Source: Candidatus Woesearchaeota archaeon
GTDB lineage: Archaea; Nanobdellota; Nanobdellia; Woesearchaeales; CG1-02-33-12
Direction of reading: 5' to 3'
Assembly (NCBI GenBank): GCA_018399355.1
Contig: JAGYOA010000003.1
Span: 1-35,094 of the forward strand
Length of the DNA stretch: 35,094 bases
Shown piece after piece: positions 1 through 8,450 of this stretch; the stretch's first letter is position 1, and each line of letters opens with the position of its first letter. A program made the translations under genes and the position numbers. The notes under the pieces were generated by a model. The model saw only the letters and a program-made list of their open reading frames with translations, did no database searches and was not told the DNA's origin.

Positions 1-138
1 ATTATATAAGATTAAATTGACATAAATACTTATTTTTTAAGTAAAATAACATTTTAAATACTTAATATTTAAGAATAATTTATATAAACCTTATTTATTA
101 AGACTAAATAGAAAAAAAATTATTGAATAATAAAAAAA

Positions 139-882
139 TTAATCGTTCTCAACTCTTGGGGCCAAAACAAAGCTTAATGCAACCTTATCCACTTCCTTGT
201 ACTCTAACTTTAGAGGATAGTCTTTGTTGAACTGGATTATTACATTATCTGAAAGCTTTGAGCCATTAACCATCTTTTTAAGGTATTCAATAGAATATCT
301 GGATTTTATTTTTTCTTTTGAGTCTGAAACAATATTAGTGTCTTCTCCCTGATTCATATCAACAGTTGCCTTATTCAAATCTCCCTCTGCTTCGATAGTA
401 AACTTGTTTTGCTCTGCAATAAAGCTTACTGACTCTGCAACAATATCAGCATCCTCTATAGCGCTTGTTAAAATATCTGATTTTGTTTTTATTGTAACAG
501 GAAATGTTAACTGGGGAATTTTCTGCTCTTTTTCCTCAATCTCTATAACAGGCAAAGAAAATACCCTTGTTGTTTTTGACTTCAGCTGTATCTTCAGCTT
601 GTCTTCCTCTAAATCAATAGTAAGAATATCATTTGGACTTGCCCTTCTCAAGACCTGCTTCATCCTGCTAAGGTCAATAGCTATCTTAACCTCTTCCTTA
701 ACATCATACTCAACAAAGCAGCTTGACAACAATTTAAATATAACCATAGCCACATTTGCAGGGTCCATGGCAACCATCTCTACTCCATTGGGCCCAATCT
801 TAAACCTGGCTTCATTAACAAGTTCTGATATAACTGATATGCTGTCCTTTAAATATTTTGGTTCTGCAAGTGTAAGTTTCAT
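139..882 (-). CDS. pcn: DNA polymerase sliding clamp PCNA
   Basis: 247 aa; AMDPANVAMV, YSIEYLKK, DYPLKLEY and C-terminal FVLAPRVE are typical archaeal PCNA motifs; GGGGT SD-like sequence upstream. Confidence 0.97.
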   Translation of the reverse strand: MKLTLAEPKYLKDSISVISELVNEARFKIGPNGVEMVAMDPANVAMVIFKLLSSCFVEYDVKEEVKIAIDLSRMKQVLRRASPNDILTIDLEEDKLKIQLKSKTTRVFSLPVIEIEEKEQKIPQLTFPVTIKTKSDILTSAIEDADIVAESVSFIAEQNKFTIEAEGDLNKATVDMNQGEDTNIVSDSKEKIKSRYSIEYLKKMVNGSKLSDNVIIQFNKDYPLKLEYKEVDKVALSFVLAPRVEND

Positions 883-918
883 TTTATACCCCCAATAGAA
901 TAATAAAACACTATCTAT

Positions 919-2256
919 TTATAAATTTTGTTGTAAAACAACACGCTGCCCGTTCTTCATCATATGGACATTTTTTTCTTTATAGCCCATCTCAATCGCA
1001 AGCTCTTTCATGGCCATAGTCATCTTCTGCTCTCCATGAGCAGGCATTATGTGTTTTGGCCTAACCAAACTAATCAAATCGCGCAAATCCTCTCTTGCAG
1101 CATGGCCTGAAACATGAATCCCAGTAAACAATCTTACGTGCTGGCTTTTCAGGTTTTCCTCTAAAACCTTTCTATTCTCTATATTTGTTGGGGTAGGAAT
1201 TGTGTTGCAGGAAAATATAATATGGTCATCTTCCTTCAGCTTAAAATCAAGCTCCCTGTTTGCCAGCCTTGACAATGCGGCCTTTGGTTCTCCCTGATGG
1301 CCAGTCAAAACAACAAGAAACTTTTCCATTCCCATCTTGTTCATTTTCACAAGGCTTTTTTTTATCTCTTTTCTGTACTTAAAAATCTTGACATCATTGA
1401 ATTTTGCAATGCCTGCTTTCTCACTTGCAGTGCAGTATCTCTCCAAAGACCTTCCCATAAAAACAACCTTCCTGTTCAGCTTTTTTCCGAGGTCTACAAT
1501 GCTTCTTAATCTTGCTATATGAGAAGAAAAAGTGCTTACAAATATTGCCTTACCTTTGTTTCCAGTCCCAAGCAAAACGTCTTTTAGCATTTCTTTTGCA
1601 ACAGACTCAGAAGGGGTTTTCTTATGGCTTCTTGAATATGTTGAATCAACTATTAAGCATAAAACCCCTTTTTTGCCAATCTCTTTCATCCTTTTGTAGT
1701 TTGGCTTTTCCCCTATTGTTGGGAAATTGTCAAACTTAAAGTCATTTGCATAAAGGATTATTCCATATTTTGTATGCAGTGCAACCATCACTGTCTGAGG
1801 CGTTGAATGAGTTATATTGATAAACTCCATCCTAATATTTTTAGATATCTGAAAAACAGAATTCGAGGCTAATTTCCTTATCTTGTTCTTTATCTTTATC
1901 CCTTCATTTTTTAGTATTGCTTTTAAAACCTCTATAGTAAAAGGTGTTCCAAGAATAGGAGCATCATAATTATCTGCAAGATAAGGAATCGCTCCTAAGT
2001 GGTCAAGGTGGGCATGAGTAGGGATAATTGCCTTAACCTTATCTTTCCACTCTTCTATCTTTGTTATATCAGGAACAGCTCCTACTTTTATAAGTTCAGA
2101 AGGGTCAACATTGAGAAGATCTTCGTCTTCTGTATATTTGATATAACTTTCAAGATGAATACCCATATCAATTATTACTACTTCATTATCAATCTTGATG
2201 GCAGTCATGTTTTTTCCAACTTCATTATAGCCGCCAACAGCACATATTTCTATCAT
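919..2256 (-). CDS. rnj: Ribonuclease J (metallo-beta-lactamase/beta-CASP)
   Basis: GGYNEVGKNMT, THAHLDHLG, THSTP, DFKFD, STFSSH, HVSGHA, PAHGE motifs. Start moved from the track's 2277 to MIEIC (2256) because a TTTTTAAATA box lies ~25 nt upstream of 2256. Confidence 0.93.
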   Translation of the reverse strand: MIEICAVGGYNEVGKNMTAIKIDNEVVIIDMGIHLESYIKYTEDEDLLNVDPSELIKVGAVPDITKIEEWKDKVKAIIPTHAHLDHLGAIPYLADNYDAPILGTPFTIEVLKAILKNEGIKIKNKIRKLASNSVFQISKNIRMEFINITHSTPQTVMVALHTKYGIILYANDFKFDNFPTIGEKPNYKRMKEIGKKGVLCLIVDSTYSRSHKKTPSESVAKEMLKDVLLGTGNKGKAIFVSTFSSHIARLRSIVDLGKKLNRKVVFMGRSLERYCTASEKAGIAKFNDVKIFKYRKEIKKSLVKMNKMGMEKFLVVLTGHQGEPKAALSRLANRELDFKLKEDDHIIFSCNTIPTPTNIENRKVLEENLKSQHVRLFTGIHVSGHAAREDLRDLISLVRPKHIMPAHGEQKMTMAMKELAIEMGYKEKNVHMMKNGQRVVLQQNL

Positions 2257-2300
2257 TTCATTAAAGAAAAAATACATCTTATTTAAAAAGGTTTTGTAAA

Positions 2301-2429
2301 TGCGGGGGAAGGGATTTGAACCCTCGTATCCACTAAGGAAATGGATATCGCATAATGCTTAAATCATCGCCGAAGCTCATCACTCAAATAACTTGAGTCC
2401 ATCGCATTTGACCGCTCTGCCACCCCCGC
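2301..2429 (-). tRNA. tRNA-Leu(CAA) with 45-nt intron at position 37/38 (intron 2347..2391); CCA not encoded
   Basis: Minus strand folds as acceptor GCGGGGG/CCCCCGC+A, D arm, anticodon stem ATGGA/TCCAT with loop CT-CAA-G[intron]A (anticodon 2395..2393), long variable arm, T arm GAGGG-TTCAAAT-CCCTT. Confidence 0.95.
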
Positions 2430-2451
2430 ATATGTTTAAGAATTGGATTTT

Positions 2452-2470
2452 ATTATAAAAAGCTTTTGAA
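2452..2470 (-). promoter_or_regulatory. BRE-TATA promoter of tRNA-Leu
   Basis: Minus strand TTCAAAAGC-TTTTTATAAT ending ~22 nt upstream of the tRNA 5' end. Confidence 0.65.
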
Positions 2471-2473
2471 AAC

Positions 2474-3700
2474 TTACCTTATAAATCTCAGTAAACCATA
2501 TTTTTTTAGTTTTTCATAAATACTTCTGTTTAAGTCATAGTTTCCTCCATGCTCACATTCCTCATCCAATAAAAGGTTCCCATCTCTCATCACAAAATTT
2601 TCCTTTAAACCACAGTCCCTGGCTATAACCCTCATTTTATTATAATTTTCTGAAAGCCAAATATCCTTAAATCTTTTATCTTCAAGGCTGTCAATTATTT
2701 TATGCGCGCAACAGAAAGAAATTCCATCAGAAACCCAATATCTTGAAAAATACCAACCAACAAAACACCCTTTATCCTTATAAAAATTTGCCTCCCAGTT
2801 ACCTGACTTAGGTTCAAAGCTTTTTATCTGGACATTTATATTATTTTGAATGTTAATATTATAATCATTGGCCTTTTCCTTAACTTTTTTTAAAATATCA
2901 TTAAACTCAGTCTTTTCTTTCTCACTTAACATAATATTTTTCAATTTTATATTGTGCATCAGCTGAAATCTTATTTCATTTGCTCCAACATTGTTGGCCC
3001 ACTCTAACATATCCATGGTTTCCCTGTAATTTAATTTGTTTATAACCTCAATTATTATTATCCTTGGCAATGATTTATTCTTCTGTTTTTTATATGATGA
3101 AAGAAACGATATGTTATCCTCTATTTTTTTAAAAATATTTTTGCCTGAAAAGGGATGCAACTCCTCATAAGTTTTGCTGTTTGATGCAGATATGCTGCAA
3201 TACAGTTCTTCTAATCCCATATCAACTAGTTTTTTTGAATAATCCTTATTTAAAAGTACAGCATTAGTAAAGATTTGCAGATGAATATCTTTATTTTTTA
3301 CATACCTTGCCATCTCTATTACATCTGGATGGGTTAATGGTTCTCCCGCACCACTGAAAAAAATAAGTTCTGTACTAAGCTCATCAAGGTCATCAACTAA
3401 TTCTTTGAATTTTCTTAATTCTATCTTTTTCTTCTTCCACTCTTCAGAATAATACCTGTCTGCTGCATCCTTAGAGTGAAACCAACAATATAAACATTTT
3501 AAGTTGCAGCTGTTTGATATATCTAAATGAAAATATGCGGGACCAACAATTGCCTTGCAGCAGACTATACCCAAAAGCCTTAGTACATCTTCTTTACTTT
3601 CATATTTTGATATTTTTCTGAATATTTCAGTTAGCTCTTTTTTTTCACTTAATTTAAAACTAGAATTGTTCAAATTTTCAACTACTTGGTTTATGACCAT
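2474..3700 (-). CDS. Radical SAM protein with C-terminal SPASM/Twitch-like Cys domain
   Basis: CNLKCLYC motif, SGAGEPL, FTNA; C-terminal C...CC...IWxSxxYxxxR...C pattern. Confidence 0.88.
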   Translation of the reverse strand: MVINQVVENLNNSSFKLSEKKELTEIFRKISKYESKEDVLRLLGIVCCKAIVGPAYFHLDISNSCNLKCLYCWFHSKDAADRYYSEEWKKKKIELRKFKELVDDLDELSTELIFFSGAGEPLTHPDVIEMARYVKNKDIHLQIFTNAVLLNKDYSKKLVDMGLEELYCSISASNSKTYEELHPFSGKNIFKKIEDNISFLSSYKKQKNKSLPRIIIIEVINKLNYRETMDMLEWANNVGANEIRFQLMHNIKLKNIMLSEKEKTEFNDILKKVKEKANDYNINIQNNINVQIKSFEPKSGNWEANFYKDKGCFVGWYFSRYWVSDGISFCCAHKIIDSLEDKRFKDIWLSENYNKMRVIARDCGLKENFVMRDGNLLLDEECEHGGNYDLNRSIYEKLKKYGLLRFIR

Positions 3701-3749
3701 TTACTTAGAAATCTTACTGCTGTTTTTATATCTTATGGTGTTATAAAAA

Positions 3750-4112
3750 TCACATGCTGTTAAGCCTTGCCTCTATTTCAGCTAAGTCTGTTTCAAGCCT
3801 CGCTATTTCCTCATTCTCTATTTTAACCTTTTTTTGAGTTTGTTTTCCTGTTCTTGTTTTAGAACTTTCTTTTGACTCAGTTTGAATGCCTTGCCTTGGA
3901 AATGTCTTTTTTAAAAAAGAGAAAAGTTCTGTTATTTCATCAATCTTTTTCTTGAATTCAGCTGTTTTTTTGCTTTTTTCCTCTCTTATTGACATTATCT
4001 TTTCATAATCTTTTAGATTTTCTATTATCTTTTTAGAGGATTCAAGAAGGCTTTTTCTTACTTCTTTTGGCTTTTTTACGCCAACATAAAAATTATCATC
4101 AGTTTTTGCCAT
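3750..4112 (-). CDS. Hypothetical coiled-coil protein (triad member 3)
   Basis: 120 aa ORF; FYVGV strand then long amphipathic helices; C-terminal LETDLAEIEARL helix. Confidence 0.8.
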   Translation of the reverse strand: MAKTDDNFYVGVKKPKEVRKSLLESSKKIIENLKDYEKIMSIREEKSKKTAEFKKKIDEITELFSFLKKTFPRQGIQTESKESSKTRTGKQTQKKVKIENEEIARLETDLAEIEARLNSM

Positions 4113-4128
4113 TTTAAATTATTTAAAT

Positions 4129-4350
4129 CTACAATTTTCCAAGTTCCTGGTCAACAAGCTTTATTCTTTTTTCAATATCTTCAAGGTTTGAATCCCATTT
4201 GCTGAGCTGGTTATATTCCTGAATCTTCAGCTCGCTTATGCTCTTCAGTATTTCCTTTGCCTCTTCAAGCTTAACTTTAAGCAGATTAACTGTGCTGATT
4301 ATCTTTTTATAATCTTCAATTTTTATAAATACCTGTGCGCTTTCCTGCAT
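4129..4350 (-). CDS. Hypothetical small coiled-coil protein (triad member 2)
   Basis: 73 aa; GGGTGA SD 4 nt before ATG; VFIKIEDY followed by heptad helices. Confidence 0.82.
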   Translation of the reverse strand: MQESAQVFIKIEDYKKIISTVNLLKVKLEEAKEILKSISELKIQEYNQLSKWDSNLEDIEKRIKLVDQELGKL

Positions 4351-4354
4351 TGTA

Positions 4355-4987
4355 TCACCCTTTTGATATTATATCATCAACAATCATTATTTTTCCTTGA
4401 AGCCCTTCAAGAGACTTTTTTAATTTTTCCAGCTCTAAATAATCTTTCTGCTTTAATTTTTCCAGCTCACCAACAGACTGTTCAAAATTTCTTGCAATAC
4501 CTGAAACTTCAATATAATTCACTATTCCACTATATTTTTTTACATTCACAAAAACAGGTCCTTCCTTTGTTTCCTCCTCAAAGGACTCTTTATCTAATAT
4601 TCTGGGTTTTTCTTTATATTGTTTTTTATCTGGTTGTTTAACTTGTTTTTTTTCATTGAAAGAAGAAACCAGTTCTGAAAAATGCTCCATTTCATCTTCT
4701 ACATTTTTACCTTGGTTGTGATCTTGAAAAGTTTCTTCTTGCTTTTTGACAGCTGGCTTTAATATTGGTCTTTCATCCATAGAAGGAATAGAAATCTCAT
4801 TTTTGTTTAGGTCTTCAAGCGGCTCTATTTTCGGCAGAGGAGCTATTCCTTCATCAGGCATTGTCGGAAATTCAGGAAGCTCTGTTAGATTATCAGAGCT
4901 ATCATTTATCTCAAGAGAAGGGGCCTCGGTTGGCATTTCTTCATCTTTTATCTCCTCTTTTTTCTTGTTGAAGTTAAACATGGCCAT
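4355..4987 (-). CDS. Hypothetical protein, acidic Pro-rich disordered N-terminus plus coiled-coil domain (triad member 1)
   Basis: 210 aa; E/P-rich N-terminus, then PVFVNVKKY plus helices similar to the next gene; TATA-like TTTTTAATAA upstream. Confidence 0.82.
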   Translation of the reverse strand: MAMFNFNKKKEEIKDEEMPTEAPSLEINDSSDNLTELPEFPTMPDEGIAPLPKIEPLEDLNKNEISIPSMDERPILKPAVKKQEETFQDHNQGKNVEDEMEHFSELVSSFNEKKQVKQPDKKQYKEKPRILDKESFEEETKEGPVFVNVKKYSGIVNYIEVSGIARNFEQSVGELEKLKQKDYLELEKLKKSLEGLQGKIMIVDDIISKG

Positions 4988-5172
4988 TATATCACAGTAA
5001 TAAATTCCTCTTTATTAAAAACTTTTTGTAGTACTCAATAATAGTTACATTTATTTAAAAATGATTTCTTCAGCTAAATGAATCAAATATTTTATGTTTT
5101 TTAATTTTTTCAAAGAATTTTTTCCAGTTTTTTGTTTTGTTGCATTAATTTAACTTTATTTTTTGTCGCTTT

Positions 5173-5295
5173 TCAGCTTTGCATATTTTCAAAAGCCCTT
5201 TTTATCAGCTCAGGACTTGAGCCCCAAATTCCTGAGGACAAAACTAAGGGATTTTTTATTTTTATTCTGTTAATTTTTGTGCTTAAGTCTGTCAT
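5173..5295 (-). pseudogene. pyrD: Truncated dihydroorotate dehydrogenase (PyrD) N-terminal fragment, 40 codons
   Basis: Hand translation MTDLSTKINRIKIKNPLVLSSGIWGSSPELIKRAFENMQS*; matches the DLST...KNPxxLASG N-terminus of family 1 DHODH and stops where GAGAVVTKS should follow; lies directly downstream of upp-uraA. Not in the ORF track. Confidence 0.72.
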
Positions 5296-5360
5296 TTTAT
5301 ATTTCAGTTTATTTTTTCAATAACTTAAACTTTTCTACAAATAAAAAAATAAAAAATAAA

Positions 5361-6593
5361 TTATACTGCTGGCTTATCCTCTCTTCCTGGGAGTGTAAGA
5401 TTAAGCAAAACTCCAACAACACTTGCAAGGCCTATCCCTGCAATTGAGAAAGTTCCCCATGAAAGCACAGCACCCCCTATTCCTATTGTCAGGATTATTG
5501 ACACTATCACAAGGTTTCTTGTCTTGTCCATGTTTGGCCTTGCCTCTAGCAAAGTCCTTACTCCGACTGCAGCTATCATTCCAAACAGCAAAATCATTAT
5601 TCCTCCTAAAACCGCTCCGGGAATTGTCTGAAGAATTGCCCCAAGCTTTCCGACAAATGCAAGTATTATCGCTGTTACTGCAGCTATCCTCATCACGACA
5701 GGACTGTAAACCTTTGTTAATGCAACAGCTCCTGTAACCTCAGAGTATGTTGTGTTTGGAGGACCTCCAAAAAATCCTGCAAGCATGGTTGCAATTCCAT
5801 CACCTAATATTGTTTTGTGTATTCCGGGATTTTCAACAAAGTTTTTTCCTGTAACCTTGCTTATTGTGTATATATCCCCTATGTGCTCAATCAATGGAGC
5901 TATTGCAACAGGAGCAAAATAAATTATCGCGCTCCAGTTAAACACAGGAAAGGTAAAATTTGGAATTGAAAGCCATGCAGCTTCTCTTATTGGAGTGAAA
6001 TCAACCAATCCCATAACCAATGCAACTGCATATCCTCCTATTATTCCACCTAAAATAGGAATAAGTTTCAGCATACTTTTTCCAAAAGTTACCATTAATA
6101 CCGCAACAACCAATGATATTATTGCCAAAAGCCAATTTCCCTTTGCCATATCTATTCCAGTCGGTGCCAAGGCAAGGCCTATGGACATAATCACTGGGCC
6201 GATAACAACTGCAGGGAAGTATTTTTCAACTATCTTTATTCCTTTTTTTCTTACAATCAATGAAACAAGCACATAAATAAAGCCTGCTGCAATTAATCCT
6301 CCTAAAGCTCCGGGCAGACCATAAAGCTTAATTCCTCCTACAATCGGCGCTATAAATGCAAAGCTGCTTCCTAAAAATATTGGAACCTTGCCCTTTGTAA
6401 TGAAATGAAACACCAGTGTTCCAATTCCTGCTGTAAACAACGCAACTCCAGGGTCAAGCCCTGTAAGCAAAGGCACAAGAACAGTTGCACCAAATGCCAC
6501 AAAAAGCATCTGCACTCCTAAAACAAGCTTCGCAGCACTGCTAAGTTTTTTAACTTCTTTGTTTGCTGTATTAGACACAGCATTTTTTTCCAT
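5361..6593 (-). CDS. uraA: Uracil permease (NCS2/UraA family)
   Basis: Highly hydrophobic 410 aa; QMLFVAFGATVLVP, FLGSSFAF, EHIGD, GPPNTTYSE, LFGMIA motifs; adjacent to upp. Confidence 0.95.
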   Translation of the reverse strand: MEKNAVSNTANKEVKKLSSAAKLVLGVQMLFVAFGATVLVPLLTGLDPGVALFTAGIGTLVFHFITKGKVPIFLGSSFAFIAPIVGGIKLYGLPGALGGLIAAGFIYVLVSLIVRKKGIKIVEKYFPAVVIGPVIMSIGLALAPTGIDMAKGNWLLAIISLVVAVLMVTFGKSMLKLIPILGGIIGGYAVALVMGLVDFTPIREAAWLSIPNFTFPVFNWSAIIYFAPVAIAPLIEHIGDIYTISKVTGKNFVENPGIHKTILGDGIATMLAGFFGGPPNTTYSEVTGAVALTKVYSPVVMRIAAVTAIILAFVGKLGAILQTIPGAVLGGIMILLFGMIAAVGVRTLLEARPNMDKTRNLVIVSIILTIGIGGAVLSWGTFSIAGIGLASVVGVLLNLTLPGREDKPAV

Positions 6594-6623
6594 TTTTACA
6601 CCCCCTTTATCGCTTAAAACGAT

Positions 6624-7259
6624 TTATTTTGTTCCAAATAACCTATCCCCTGCATCACCTAATCCTGGAAGAATATAACCTACATCATTTAAGCACTGGT
6701 CAATTGATGCTGTATAAACATCAACATCAGGATGCTTTTCCTGTATTTTTTTTATTCCTTCTGGGGCTGCGACAAGGCAGATTGCCCTTATTTTTTTGCA
6801 GCCATTGTTTTTCAGAATCTCTATTGTTTTTATCATTGAGTTGGCTGTTGCAAGCATAGGGTCAACAATAACAGCCATTCTTTCCTGAATATCATTTGAC
6901 AGCTTAGAATAATATTCCACTGCCTCAAGAGTTTCATGATCGCGGTAAAGCCCTATAAAATTTACTTTTGCAGAAGGAATCATTTTCAATAGGCCGTCAA
7001 GCATTCCAATGCCTGCCCTCAAAATCGGAACAGCCACAAGTTTTTTCCCTTTTATCTCCTTAACCTTAGTTTCTTCAGCCCATCCATTTATTGTTTTTTC
7101 CTTTAAAGGTAAATCACGTGTTGCCTCGTATGTAAGAAGTGATGCGATTTCGCTGGTTATTTCCCTGAACTCTTTTGTGTTAAGACCAGGATTTCTTAAG
7201 AGGCCAAGCTTGTGCTCAATCAGTGGATGCTTAACCTCAATAACTGCGATAGCTATCAC
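6624..7259 (-). CDS. upp: Uracil phosphoribosyltransferase
   Basis: [39 protein letters not shown]. Start uncertain: GTG at 7259 or ATC at 7250. Confidence 0.96.
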   Translation of the reverse strand: MIAIAVIEVKHPLIEHKLGLLRNPGLNTKEFREITSEIASLLTYEATRDLPLKEKTINGWAEETKVKEIKGKKLVAVPILRAGIGMLDGLLKMIPSAKVNFIGLYRDHETLEAVEYYSKLSNDIQERMAVIVDPMLATANSMIKTIEILKNNGCKKIRAICLVAAPEGIKKIQEKHPDVDVYTASIDQCLNDVGYILPGLGDAGDRLFGTK

Positions 7260-7349
7260 CCGTTAACATTTTAATGCAAACAAGAAAGGTATTGCCTAGA
7301 AACAGCTTAGAAAACTTTTTTTTATGAAAAAAACACATTCTAAAAAAGA

Positions 7350-7380
7350 ATAAAGGAAGGTACTCCTTTATATACTTTTA
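7350..7380 (-). promoter_or_regulatory. upp promoter TATA box overlapped by an 8-bp inverted repeat
   Basis: ATAAAGGA-N6-TCCTTTAT at 7350..7371; minus-strand TAAAAG-TATATAAA (TATA 7374..7367). Confidence 0.5.
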
Positions 7381-7445
7381 TTTTTTGCAGAATATGCTTT
7401 TCTAGAAAATAAATATTTTAATACTAATCTTTCTTATTATAACAT

Positions 7446-8450
7446 ATGAAAGAGGCAAGCTATTACAAAAAACTAAATAACGATAATGTTCAGTGCGAGC
7501 TCTGTCCTAGGAATTGTATTATAAAAGAAGGGGATTATGGTTTTTGCAATGCGCGTAAAAACATTGATGGAACTCTTTATTCTATAGTATATGCAAAGCC
7601 ATGCGCAATGCATATTGACCCAATTGAAAAAAAGCCATTATATCATTTTATGCCTGGTGAAAATGCTCTTTCAATTGGAACTTCTGGATGTAACCTTGAA
7701 TGCAAACACTGCCAGAACTGGAGCATGTCCAGATCAAAACCAGAGGATTTTTTTGTTAAAGAAATAACACCAGAACAGGTTGTAGAGAATGCAATTGATA
7801 ATAATTGCAAAATAATTGCCTATACTTACAATGAGCCCACTGTTTTTTATGAGTACATGATTGAGTGTGCAAAACTTGCAAAGAAAAAAGGAATAAAAAA
7901 TGTTATAGTATCCAATGGTTTTATTAACCAAGAGCCTCTTAAAGAGCTCTGCAAATACATAGACGGGGCAAATATTGACTTAAAATCTTTTGATAATGAT
8001 TTTTATAAAAAGATAACAAACTCATGGATTCAACCAGTGCTTGAATCTCTCAAAATTCTAAAAAAGAATAATGTATGGCTTGAAATTACAATGCTGATAA
8101 TACCAAAACTTAATGATGACCCTGAAAAAATAAAGCAAATGTGCAACTGGATAAGAGATAATCTTGGAAAAGATGTTCCACTGCACTTCAGCGCATTCTA
8201 TCCATGCTACAAGCTGCTTGGATATCCTCCTACTAAAAAAGAAACACTGTTAAAAGCAAGGAAAATAACATTAGAAACTGGTTTAAAGTATGTTTATGTT
8301 GGAAATGTTGGGCCTTCAGATGAAAACAATACGCACTGTTACGAATGCAATTCAATTGCTATTGAGCGTTTATCATTCGGGGTTGTTAAAAATAACCTAA
8401 AAAAAGGAAAATGCCCCTGTGGTGAGAACATTCCCGGTGTTTTTGAATGA
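7446..8450 (+). CDS. amrS: AmmeMemoRadiSam system radical SAM enzyme
   Basis: CELCPRNC...FCNAR, DPIEKKPLYHF, GCNLECKHCQNW, YTYNEP, ANIDLK, PLHFS, YVYVGNV are family hallmarks. Confidence 0.92.
   Translation: MKEASYYKKLNNDNVQCELCPRNCIIKEGDYGFCNARKNIDGTLYSIVYAKPCAMHIDPIEKKPLYHFMPGENALSIGTSGCNLECKHCQNWSMSRSKPEDFFVKEITPEQVVENAIDNNCKIIAYTYNEPTVFYEYMIECAKLAKKKGIKNVIVSNGFINQEPLKELCKYIDGANIDLKSFDNDFYKKITNSWIQPVLESLKILKKNNVWLEITMLIIPKLNDDPEKIKQMCNWIRDNLGKDVPLHFSAFYPCYKLLGYPPTKKETLLKARKITLETGLKYVYVGNVGPSDENNTHCYECNSIAIERLSFGVVKNNLKKGKCPCGENIPGVFE

Noticed and set aside
1-138. AT-rich stretch as origin or ncRNA
   Set aside because: Explained by a T-rich region after pcn and a minus-strand GGTTTATATA box for a gene beyond the window.
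2430-3750. Integrated element at tRNA-Leu carrying the radical SAM gene
   Set aside because: No integrase and no duplicated tRNA end (att site) seen; the gene lies on the tRNA 5' side.
5132-5323. 63-aa plus-strand ORF
   Set aside because: It is the antisense of the pyrD fragment, with a TTG start and no motif.
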